A DNA stretch of 64,000 bases from Candidatus Calditenuaceae archaeon HR02 (GTDB taxonomy: Archaea > Thermoproteota > Nitrososphaeria_A > Caldarchaeales > Calditenuaceae), in contig BEHE01000009.1 in assembly GCA_002898395.1 (NCBI GenBank), positions 18,988 through 82,987 of the forward strand, written 5' to 3'. Below the pieces are notes generated by a model. The model did no database searches, was not told where the DNA came from, and saw only the letters and a program-made list of their open reading frames with translations. Of this stretch, positions 1 through 8,503 are shown piece by piece. The translations under genes were made by a program, and so were the position numbers. How positions within the stretch are numbered: the stretch's first letter is position 1; each line of letters begins with the position of its first letter.

Positions 1-1
1 C

Positions 2-502
2 CTCAGCACCCTCAGCCTCGAAGTGTCTATACATACGCTCAATCACTTGCGAGCCGTTAACGATGTATGTGTCCCCTGCATGGACGAAGAATGGAGAGCC
101 TCCAACAGTCTTCTCACAGATGAGGACTGCGTGCCCGAATCCTAGGGGCTGGGGCTGGTTGACCCATACTAGTACAGACTCACTAATCCTCCTGTAGAAT
201 GCCTCGAAGTCCCTCAGTAGGAAGTTCCTACTCCTCTTAATCATCTCGAGATAACCCTGGTCTGGCGTGAAGTGGTCCTCCACAGCCCTCTTTCCCCTAC
301 CAACCACGAGTATGAACTCCCGAATGCCAACATCGAAGAGCTGCTCGAAGATCAGCTGCACAATAGGCTTCACACAGAGTGCCCCCTCCTCACTTCTGGC
401 GAAGACTGGGAGCATCTCCTTCGGCTGCTCCTTAGTGGCTGGAAGCATCCTTGTACCCAAGCCAGCGAGAGGAAGGACGGCCTTAAGCTCCTCGACGCCC
501 AT
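2..502 (-). CDS. Sugar-phosphate nucleotidyltransferase (GalU-like), runs off the window edge
   Basis: Manual translation from ATG at 502: MGVEELKAVLPLAGLGTRMLPATKEQPKEMLPVF, the GxGTRxLPxTKxxPKEML signature. Not in the ORF track. Confidence 0.85.
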   Translation of the reverse strand, partial: MGVEELKAVLPLAGLGTRMLPATKEQPKEMLPVFARSEEGALCVKPIVQLIFEQLFDVGIREFILVVGRGKRAVEDHFTPDQGYLEMIKRSRNFLLRDFEAFYRRISESVLVWVNQPQPLGFGHAVLICEKTVGGSPFFVHAGDTYIVNGSQVIERMYRHFEAEGAE

Positions 503-663
503 AAGCTCGCGACACAAAACCACCACACCGGTATTAAAGCAGCTCCCTATCCTCTAAACCCAGCCCAGCCGGCAGCCCAATGTTGTGGGACTACCTATTT
601 CTCACCCCTTTACTCCGAACCGACTATTTTTATCATAGAGTATGCCATAACACTTGTAGGGGA

Positions 664-2235
664 ATGACCCACGGAGGAGGCCGGGGCACTACCAACAGAG
701 AGAAAGTGCTCATCCTTGACTTCGGAGGCCAGTATACCCACCTCATAGCCAGGAGATGCAGGGAAGCTGGCGTCTACTCAGAGATAGTGCCCTTCAACAT
801 TTCACCAGAAGAGATAAGCCGCTATAGTAACGTTAAGGCGCTTATATTCTCGGGAGGGCCTAGGAGCGTCTACGAGGAGGGCGCACCGCATCCTGACAAG
901 AGGGTGCTCGAGACGGGTATACCTATACTGGGGATATGCTATGGCCACCAGCTCCTTGCAGAGCAGCTTGGAGGTAAAGTGGTGCGTGGTTCTAAAGCTG
1001 AGTACGGGAGAGCCATAGTTAACGTGGTTGAGGACTCGGCGCTCTTCGCATCACTTAACAAACGTTTTGAGGTGTGGATGAGTCATGGCGACGCTGTGCT
1101 GAAGACGCCTGAGGGATTTAGGGTGACAGCTATCTCTGAAGACAACCTCATCGCTGCAATGGAGAACGCGGAGAAGAAGATATACTCGGTGCAGTTTCAC
1201 GTCGAGGTGAAGCATACACCACCTGGTATGCAAATTCTCAAAAACTTCCTCAAGAACGTGGCCGGTTGTAGATGCGATTGGCGGCCAATAGACATACTGG
1301 ATGAGGTTGTGAGAAGCGTCGCCGAGACCGTGGGGGAGGATGAGAAAGTTATCTGCGGTGTCAGCGGAGGGGTAGATTCCATGACCACCGCGGCCATTAT
1401 CCAGAGGGCTATCGGTGATAGGCTCCATGTAATATTCATAGATCACGGGCTTCTCAGGAAGGGAGAGAGGGAGCTTGTATTAGAGGGTCTGAAGCTCCTC
1501 CAGATAAAAAATGTACACTTCATCGATGCAAGTAGGGAATTTCTGATGGCCCTTCGCGGAGTCAGGGACCCCGAGGAGAAGAGGAGGATTATAGGGCGGG
1601 TGTTTGTAGAAGTCTTTGAGAAGGTTGCATCCAGTATAGGGGGCGCGAAGTATCTTGCACAGGGAACGATATATCCCGACAGGGTGGAGAGTGGCGCAAC
1701 TGGAGCCCTGACAAGCCTCATCAAGAGCCACCACAATGTCGCCGGATTGCCAGAAAAGCTCGGACTACAGCTAATAGAGCCGCTAAAAGACCTCTACAAG
1801 GATGAGGTCAGAGAGGTCGCGAAGACCCTAGGTCTACCTGCATCCGTGATAGAAAGGCACCCATTCCCCGGCCCAGGCCTAGCAGTTAGAGTCGAGGGGG
1901 AAGTGACGGAGGAGAAGCTGAGAATCTGCCGGGAAGCGAGCGCTATTGTAGAGGAGGAATTCCATAGAGCAGGCCTATACGGCTCGGTTTGGCAGGCGTT
2001 CGCCGTTGTGCTTGACTCGAAGTGGGTGGGGGTCAAGGGCGACGCCAGAAGCGTTGGCCACGTAGTTGTCGTTAGGGCTGTAACGAGCGAGGACGGCATG
2101 ACCGCTGACTGGTATCCGGCACCCAGCGAGCTGATGGACAGAATCTCACGGAGAATAACAAACGAGGTTGAGGGCGTGGTTATGGTGGCCTATGCCCTCA
2201 CCTCTAAACCCCCCGCCACAATAGAGGCTTACTAG
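664..2235 (+). CDS. guaA: GMP synthase (glutamine-hydrolysing), fused GATase + ATPPase
   Basis: ILDFGGQYTHLIARR, GICYGHQL, SGGVDS, IKSHHNV and SKPPATIE motifs. Start placed at ATG 664 rather than 580. Confidence 0.97.
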   Translation: MTHGGGRGTTNREKVLILDFGGQYTHLIARRCREAGVYSEIVPFNISPEEISRYSNVKALIFSGGPRSVYEEGAPHPDKRVLETGIPILGICYGHQLLAEQLGGKVVRGSKAEYGRAIVNVVEDSALFASLNKRFEVWMSHGDAVLKTPEGFRVTAISEDNLIAAMENAEKKIYSVQFHVEVKHTPPGMQILKNFLKNVAGCRCDWRPIDILDEVVRSVAETVGEDEKVICGVSGGVDSMTTAAIIQRAIGDRLHVIFIDHGLLRKGERELVLEGLKLLQIKNVHFIDASREFLMALRGVRDPEEKRRIIGRVFVEVFEKVASSIGGAKYLAQGTIYPDRVESGATGALTSLIKSHHNVAGLPEKLGLQLIEPLKDLYKDEVREVAKTLGLPASVIERHPFPGPGLAVRVEGEVTEEKLRICREASAIVEEEFHRAGLYGSVWQAFAVVLDSKWVGVKGDARSVGHVVVVRAVTSEDGMTADWYPAPSELMDRISRRITNEVEGVVMVAYALTSKPPATIEAY

Positions 2236-2289
2236 CCAGCTGAGGCCCAATCAGAGTTAAATTCCACCAGATGACAGCTGGAGTAGAGT

Positions 2290-3051
2290 TTGCGGATAGC
2301 TTATTTCGTCGGGACAGCAGGGTCTGGGAAATCCTCGCTGACAGCGGCCTATGCAGAGTGGCTGAAACAAAATGAACAGAGCGTCGCGACGGTAAACTTA
2401 GACCCTGCCGCTACAGTCCTCCCCTACGAGCCAGAAGTAGACATCAGAGAATACGTCGACTATGAACGGATGATGCTTACATATAATCTAGGCCCTAACG
2501 CCGCACTCATCGCCTCGGTGAGAGAAGCTGTGAGGGAGATCGACACACTCTGCTCAGAGATCATGGACCTCTCGGTAGACTATGTGCTAATCGATACGCC
2601 TGGCCAGCTAGAGTTATTCGCCTTCAGGAAGGAGGGTAGAGCAATCGTTAAGGCCCTCAGAAGGGTTCCAAGCATCATAATATATCTAATGGATCCAGTC
2701 GCGAGCCACACGACAAGGCTATTTGCATCCTCGCTATTCCTAGCCACATCGGTCTATCTCTCACTCAACCTCCAATCAATCATCGCAATATCGAAGATCG
2801 ACATAGTCCCGAAGAGAATACTTAGACGAATCCGCAGATGGATCTCTTCACAGGAAGCCCTCGAGGTTGATATAGAGTCTAGGAGCCAAGGCATGCAAAT
2901 GCTTATAACAAGGGATATTGTTCATATTTTGCACGACATTGGCAGAACATTTCCGGTTATTGCTGTGTCTTCCAAAACACTGGAAGGACTGGGAGCGCTC
3001 CACGGCGCAGTCACTAGAGCACTTAGTGAGGGTGAATATGAGCTCAGATAG
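2290..3051 (+). CDS. GPN-loop GTPase
   Basis: GTAGSGKS P-loop, NLDPA, LGPN loop and DTPGQLE motif. Confidence 0.92.
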   Translation: MRIAYFVGTAGSGKSSLTAAYAEWLKQNEQSVATVNLDPAATVLPYEPEVDIREYVDYERMMLTYNLGPNAALIASVREAVREIDTLCSEIMDLSVDYVLIDTPGQLELFAFRKEGRAIVKALRRVPSIIIYLMDPVASHTTRLFASSLFLATSVYLSLNLQSIIAISKIDIVPKRILRRIRRWISSQEALEVDIESRSQGMQMLITRDIVHILHDIGRTFPVIAVSSKTLEGLGALHGAVTRALSEGEYELR

Positions 3052-3060
3052 GTGGTCCTT

Positions 3061-3951
3061 ATGAGCATCGAGGAAGAGATTTCGAGAGAGATCGGCGAAC
3101 TAAAGGACAGGATAAGCGAGCTGGACAGGAAGATTGAGGAGATAAACACGAAAATCAGCAAAAACATCTCGGAGAGAGACAAGACACATGATAAGATGAG
3201 AGAGATAAGGGAGAAGGTAAAGAGGCTAAAGGAGGAGAAAGCATCACTCATGGAAGAGAGCAGAGCCTTGAGACGAGAGGTGAGAGAGCTGAGACAGAAG
3301 CTGCTTAACTATGTCATAGAGAAGAGGCAGCTAAAGGGTGAGCTGAAGAACCTGAGACTTTCGATGGATGTGAATAGGATAAAGAAGAGGCTCGACGAGA
3401 TAGATCTCTATCTAACATCTCATAGGGTGAGTAGAGAGGAAGAAAGAAAGCTCTTCGAGGAGGCTTCAAAGCTTGAGGCGATGCTCATAGACTATGAGAA
3501 AGCCCTAAAGATACACCTCTCACTGAACGAACTCTCACCCCAGATGGAGGAGGTTAGGAGAGATCTTGAAGAGAAGAGAAAGAGGCTTGAGAGTGTGACA
3601 GCTAGGCTGGGCCAGATCTCGATGGAGATGGAGGCCCTTAACAATCTTTACGACAATCTTAAGAGTGAGGCAGATAGATACCACTCCAGCTACATCGAGG
3701 CTAGAGAGGAGAGAGACAGGCTTGAAGCCGAGAGAATATTAGCAGCTTCTAGAATATACGAGCTCTACAGACTCCTGAGGGGTAAGAGGGAGGAGCTGCT
3801 AAAGAAGAGGATCAGCGAGGTCAAGGCTAAGAGAAAGAAAGAGGCCATCGAGAAGCTGGAGAGAGGGGAGAAGCTAGAGTTTGAGGAGATGAAAATATTG
3901 CTGGAGGATGAGACCCTCTGGCAGCCAAACGGAGGAGCAAGACAATCATAG
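3061..3951 (+). CDS. Archaeal coiled-coil protein (COG1340-like)
   Basis: E/K/R-rich heptad pattern along its length and a C-terminal KLERGEKLEFEE motif. Confidence 0.75.
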   Translation: MSIEEEISREIGELKDRISELDRKIEEINTKISKNISERDKTHDKMREIREKVKRLKEEKASLMEESRALRREVRELRQKLLNYVIEKRQLKGELKNLRLSMDVNRIKKRLDEIDLYLTSHRVSREEERKLFEEASKLEAMLIDYEKALKIHLSLNELSPQMEEVRRDLEEKRKRLESVTARLGQISMEMEALNNLYDNLKSEADRYHSSYIEAREERDRLEAERILAASRIYELYRLLRGKREELLKKRISEVKAKRKKEAIEKLERGEKLEFEEMKILLEDETLWQPNGGARQS

Positions 3952-4213
3952 CGGGGAAGAAGAAACCGTATATAACCCTTTAAATATCATTACCAGATGG
4001 TATGTTGAAAAATTGTTACCAATATTACGGCATACTATGAAATAGATCTCCGCTAAGATTCGTCTGAGAATCCCATGTCTACTGGCCGGAGAGAATAACT
4101 TTGCCTTCATATGTACTGATTACATTATTCATAGAGAGGACAGGCGACCTAGCCCTGAGTAAGATGCACAAGGCCCATAAATGTTTATCGTAGTGATTGG
4201 TAAACTACGGTAG

Positions 4214-4533
4214 AATCATAGTGATGGGTTAAACGCCCAAATTAGGGAAAAATGGGGGAGGGGGTTAGCCCAGCAGACAACCAGCCCAGCAACAAGGATA
4301 AACCCGAGGCCGGCATGTCAAGAAGGTTAACGGACTGGCATTTTCGCCAGTCATGTCTGGAGTTTAAACGGCCGGCCTCTTTTGGGTTTCCTAGATGTTG
4401 TTGGGCTGGTTGTCCGATGGCTAACCCCCCGTCTTTCCATTGTTTAAGTTTTTAATCCTTCACTATGGTTGTCGGATGATATTGAGTGTTTTAAGCCGCT
4501 CTCTCGGCCCCTCTTAGAGAGCCTTCTCGCGAC
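4214..4533. repeat. Long imperfect hairpin element, copy 1 (candidate structured RNA / non-autonomous IS110-like element)
   Basis: Nested pairings 4217-4224/4460-4467, 4261-4270/4419-4428, 4276-4294/4396-4414, 4306-4314/4371-4379 and 4333-4339/4346-4352. Second homologous copy at 28303-28592. Confidence 0.8.
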
Positions 4534-4681
4534 CTTCTACGAGTCTGTCAAATATCTGCTCCTCCAGCTCGCTCATCCTAGACTTCAGCTGGCCAAGGGC
4601 CTCGTTAAGAAGATTCTCACAGGTCTGTGCCTCGCTTAGTAGAGCGTTCCTCTCGTCTGAGAGCTGGTTGAGCTTCTTCAC
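4514..4681 (-). pseudogene. 55-codon coiled-coil remnant, possibly IS110-family transposase middle region
   Basis: VKKLNQLSDERNALLSEAQTCENLLNEALGQLKSRMSELEEQI matches the L..L...R..L........N.L spacing recalled for the IS110 coiled-coil. It reads toward the hairpin. Confidence 0.35.
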
Positions 4682-4815
4682 GGATCGGAGGTCTGGGCAC
4701 TACTTATCAACCCCAATAAAGTCCCAGGTAAGATAACCACAAGGCTGGACTTCCTATGCTACCAGTCATGGTAGGTTTTAAATTTAAAGAGGTAATCATG
4801 TATGTCTGGGGTTGG

Positions 4816-5955
4816 ATGGCTGAAGAGGCGAAGAGGCCGCTCCTGATACTGGTTATTGATGAGGATAATGATGTCGGGGTTAAGGCTGGGGTACAATCCC
4901 CCATCATAGGACGTGAAAAAAACCTGGAAGCGGCTCTGAAGCTTATCATGGCAGACCCCGAGGATGCCGATGCCAATGCGATGTTCGCCGCCATCAAGAT
5001 ATTCGACAATGAGTCGCATAGGTGGCCTAATGGTGTTGAGATAGCTACTGTGACGGGAAAACATGATGGTGGACTTGAGTCAGACCTGAAGATTTCAAGG
5101 GAGATAGAAAGCGTTATCAGGCAGCTGGGGGCTACCGAGTGTATTGTAGTCTCAGACGGTCCACTCCCCTCATCACTCTCATCTATCATCAGCTCACGCA
5201 TCAAGGTAGTCTCGTCCAGAACAGTAATTGTCAAGCAGAGCCAGACGATAGAGACTAGCTGGATACTATTCCTCAGATACCTCAAAATGCTCGTCTACGA
5301 CACCTCCTATTCAAGAATAATTCTCGGAGTCCCCGGCATACTATTATTATTAATGGGAGTGCTTCATTTTTTCAATCTGCTCAGCCTACCCCTCCTCCTA
5401 ATCTTTGTGGGAATCGCGCTCCTCGTTAGGGGGTTCGGAATAGATGCGGCCTTCTCAGGCCTCATCCGGAGACTGGCCGAGATATCGAATAAACCTAGTC
5501 TAGTACAGCTACGTATATTCACAGCCGTTGTCGGTCTGATTCTAATAATAGTCGCTTTTGTAGCGGGTTTTCAGGCGGCCTTAAACTATCTTCAATCCGC
5601 TTTAAGGGGTGGGGAGCTAAACTTCGAGCAGGTTCTTCCGCGCATGGGACCATTCGCAGGTGTGTTGATAGTCAATAGCATAGACTTGATAGCTATTGCC
5701 GCATTCCTCAACACAGCCTACAACATATTCTACTACTATCAGATGAAGAGTACTCGCGTTTGGAGGCATGTACAAGCCATGCTGATATTCTTCTTCCTCT
5801 GGATTATGATGAGGCTGCTCGGAGCCTTCCTTACCACACAGAGCATCGTCTACCTCATACAGCTTGTATTGATCGCGCTGATAGGTTTCGCCTCGCTGCT
5901 AACCTCTATTACGATTATAAGATCGATCAGAAGTATGAGGGCGCCTAAGCAATGA
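4816..5955 (+). CDS. DUF373 family membrane protein
   Basis: LVIDEDNDVG..G..PIIGRE, DPED.DAN..F, VSDG and VKQS motifs, C-terminal TM helices, adjacent to uppS. Confidence 0.88.
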   Translation: MAEEAKRPLLILVIDEDNDVGVKAGVQSPIIGREKNLEAALKLIMADPEDADANAMFAAIKIFDNESHRWPNGVEIATVTGKHDGGLESDLKISREIESVIRQLGATECIVVSDGPLPSSLSSIISSRIKVVSSRTVIVKQSQTIETSWILFLRYLKMLVYDTSYSRIILGVPGILLLLMGVLHFFNLLSLPLLLIFVGIALLVRGFGIDAAFSGLIRRLAEISNKPSLVQLRIFTAVVGLILIIVAFVAGFQAALNYLQSALRGGELNFEQVLPRMGPFAGVLIVNSIDLIAIAAFLNTAYNIFYYYQMKSTRVWRHVQAMLIFFFLWIMMRLLGAFLTTQSIVYLIQLVLIALIGFASLLTSITIIRSIRSMRAPKQ

Positions 5956-6737
5956 TTGAGAAGATACTCAGGCTTTTTGGGGTGTATTCGCTCTATGAGA
6001 GATGGTTAGAGAGGATTGTGGGCAGCGGTGATATACCCCAACACCTCGCAGTAATCCTAGACGGTAATAGGCGCTGGGCTAGGAGCGTAGGTATTCCCCC
6101 AAGCAAGGCGTACAGGTTTGGCGCCGACAAGGTTGAGGAGCTTCTGAGGTGGTGCCTGAAGATCGGGATTAAAATTGTTACCCTGTATGTCTTGTCAGTT
6201 GAAAATATAATGAGGAGGCCTAGGGAAGAGCTTGAGGAAATTTATAGGATTTTGATGGAGAAGGCTGAGAGGTTCTTGAAAGACGAGACGGTCTGGAGGG
6301 AGAAGGTTAGGTTTAGGGTGATAGGTAGGCTGGATTATCTGCCAGGCGAGCTTGCTGAGAGTCTTAGAAGGCTTGAGAGGGAGACGATGCATCATGATAG
6401 GTTCCATTTGAACATTGCAGTCGCGTACGGTGGGAGAGCAGAGATAGTTGATGCGGTCAGAAAGATCTGCAGCAAAGTTGCGGAGGGGGAACTTCAGCCA
6501 GACCAAGTTGACGAGGAGACCATCGAGCATAACTTGTATACCAATGGGCTTCCCAAGCCTGACCCCGACCTAGTCATCAGGACATCGGGTGAGGAGAGAA
6601 TAAGCAACTTCCTCCTCTGGCAGATAGCTTACAGCGAGCTGGTCTTCCTAGATGTCTACTGGCCTTCATTTAGAAGGATAGACCTTCTGCGCGCCATTAG
6701 AACTTATCAGCAGAGGACACGTAGATTTGGCGGCTAA
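5952..6737 (+). CDS. uppS: Polyprenyl (undecaprenyl) diphosphate synthase
   Basis: HLAVILDGNRRWA, AYGGRAEI, IRTSGEERISNFLLWQ and RRFGG motifs. Confidence 0.96.
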   Translation: MIEKILRLFGVYSLYERWLERIVGSGDIPQHLAVILDGNRRWARSVGIPPSKAYRFGADKVEELLRWCLKIGIKIVTLYVLSVENIMRRPREELEEIYRILMEKAERFLKDETVWREKVRFRVIGRLDYLPGELAESLRRLERETMHHDRFHLNIAVAYGGRAEIVDAVRKICSKVAEGELQPDQVDEETIEHNLYTNGLPKPDPDLVIRTSGEERISNFLLWQIAYSELVFLDVYWPSFRRIDLLRAIRTYQQRTRRFGG

Positions 6738-7834
6738 TAGACCAGATAATCGTCTAAGGGGTAGGAGGTGAGTGGTATGGCAGATTCCTCCGTGACCAAG
6801 ACTGTGTCCTCCATTCTGACACCCCACTCACCCATTATATAGATACCCGGCTCACAGGTCACCACGTTATTCTCCATGAACTGGTCTTGACTGCCAGGAC
6901 CTATTCTCGGGGGCTCATGAATATCAATCCCCACGCCGTGGCCTAGGCTGTGTATAAAGTAGGATCCCATCCCCTTGCTGCTTAGTGAGTCACGGGCTAT
7001 GTCGTCAACGTAGCTGCATGAGACTCCTGGCCGCATTATGCTTTGAGCCAGCGTCTTGGCGTTTATAACGGATTCGAATGCATTCTGAAGTTTCTCATCC
7101 ATCTCTTTTCCGATGTAGAAGGTCCTAGTTATATCGGAGCAGTATCCCTCTACTTTCACACCAAGATCAATGACAACTACATCACCCTTCTTTAGGACCC
7201 TATCTCTAGTCGTTCCTCTTTGGATTGGCCCGTGGGGGAAGGCTGAGCGCTCTCCGAAAGCAACTATCGGCGCGAAGGCGGGCTCTTGGCCCACACGCCT
7301 GTAAATTTCAGCGGTCAGCTCCGCCTTGACCTCACTCTCCCTAATCCCTGGTACCAAGAGGTCTGAGGCTGCCCTCATGACCTTGTCGGAGATTGAGCAG
7401 GCTTCCCTAATCACCTCCACCTCATATGGATCCTTTGACATTCTCATGTCCCATACGAGCCTTGACTGTGGCCGCAGGTCTATACCTCCTATTAGGGCGC
7501 TGATCTTCCTATAAGTCTCGATGTCTAGGTTGTCTATTCCGACCATTCCTCCTAACTGGCTGAGAATCTCTGCGAGGAGCGCTTCTGGCGCAGCCCCCAT
7601 TTTTAACTGCACTATCTCGATCTCCTGCGAAGCCTCCTTCTCTGCGAGACCGTAGTTCATTGGTGAAACGTAGAGAATTGCTGAGCCATCTTGGCGGATA
7701 AGGAGTGTTGCTGGACCTGGTAGTCCCGTGAAGTAGAAAATGTTTGACTCGTTGATGCATATGTAGGCGTTGAATCCGGAGAGCTCCAGCCGTGCTGCAA
7801 ACTTTTCAATCCTGTCCTTATACCTCAACTCCAA
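6734..7834 (-). CDS. Xaa-Pro aminopeptidase/prolidase (M24B)
   Basis: DLG...GYCSDITRT, HSLGHGVGIDIHE, EPGIY and RMEDTV metal ligands. Confidence 0.92.
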   Translation of the reverse strand: MELRYKDRIEKFAARLELSGFNAYICINESNIFYFTGLPGPATLLIRQDGSAILYVSPMNYGLAEKEASQEIEIVQLKMGAAPEALLAEILSQLGGMVGIDNLDIETYRKISALIGGIDLRPQSRLVWDMRMSKDPYEVEVIREACSISDKVMRAASDLLVPGIRESEVKAELTAEIYRRVGQEPAFAPIVAFGERSAFPHGPIQRGTTRDRVLKKGDVVVIDLGVKVEGYCSDITRTFYIGKEMDEKLQNAFESVINAKTLAQSIMRPGVSCSYVDDIARDSLSSKGMGSYFIHSLGHGVGIDIHEPPRIGPGSQDQFMENNVVTCEPGIYIMGEWGVRMEDTVLVTEESAIPLTSYPLDDYLVY

Positions 7835-7997
7835 TCTGCTGTCAATCTATCCGCGGACTATATCAATCTTCAACCATTAAAGCAGAATAGAAATTGTCCT
7901 GAAGACGGTTTGAGGGGTTCTGATGAAGGGAGATTTAAACGGGAGGTAGGCTGGTTTAGCGCTTTTTCCATGTGATACTCGCCCCCGCCCTACATCT

Positions 7998-8133
7998 ATT
8001 ATCTTCTTGACTTGTTTCTTAGTTTTGTGTTGCATCGGGGGCATCTAATTTGTTCTGTGTTTATGTATTGTTGGCATTTTGAGGAGTATTTAAATCACCT
8101 ACCATATGCACCACTACTAGCGTCGGGGGTATC
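7998..8133. repeat. Dispersed ~130-bp repeat B, copy 1
   Basis: Clearly homologous to 27853-27980 (ATTATCTTCTYGACTTGTTYCTTAGTTTTGTGTTGCATC...TGTTTATGTATTGTTGGC...AGTATTTAAATC). Confidence 0.8.
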
Positions 8134-8503
8134 GAACTCTCAACAAAGACGATATGGCATTATAGGGATGAGATAGGAGAAAGGAAGGATTGGTGGAAGA
8201 TTTGTGATAGGTTACAGAGAGGTCTAGGCAGGAGAATGAGGCGCAGACGAAAACCCGCCCCCTCCCCTTTATCCCCTCTTTTTCCTTTTTCGGATCGGTT
8301 TCGCACCCGCATTCCATATGAAAGTAAGGTTATTCCCTGGATGCCTCCAAGGCGGGCCGTCAAGCCCCTCCCCACCACTCTTCACGCCCTTCTCCCTCAC
8401 CTCCACGACCTCTCTTATGCTCCCGAGCACCTCAAGCTCGTGCTCCAGCTCCCTAATCTTCTTATCAAGATATTCTCTTAGCTGGCTTATCCATTCTCAA
8501 CCT

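Noticed and set aside
4252-4455. 67-aa ORF and its similar 73-aa counterpart at 28286-28507
   Set aside because: Both lie within the hairpin repeat. Their similarity is explained by nucleotide conservation of the stems, and indels break codon alignment.
8270-8490. Minus-strand frame EWISQLREYLDKKIRELEHELEVL... after the helicase
   Set aside because: Protein-like but has no start codon and degenerates. Probably a decayed gene that cannot be assigned.
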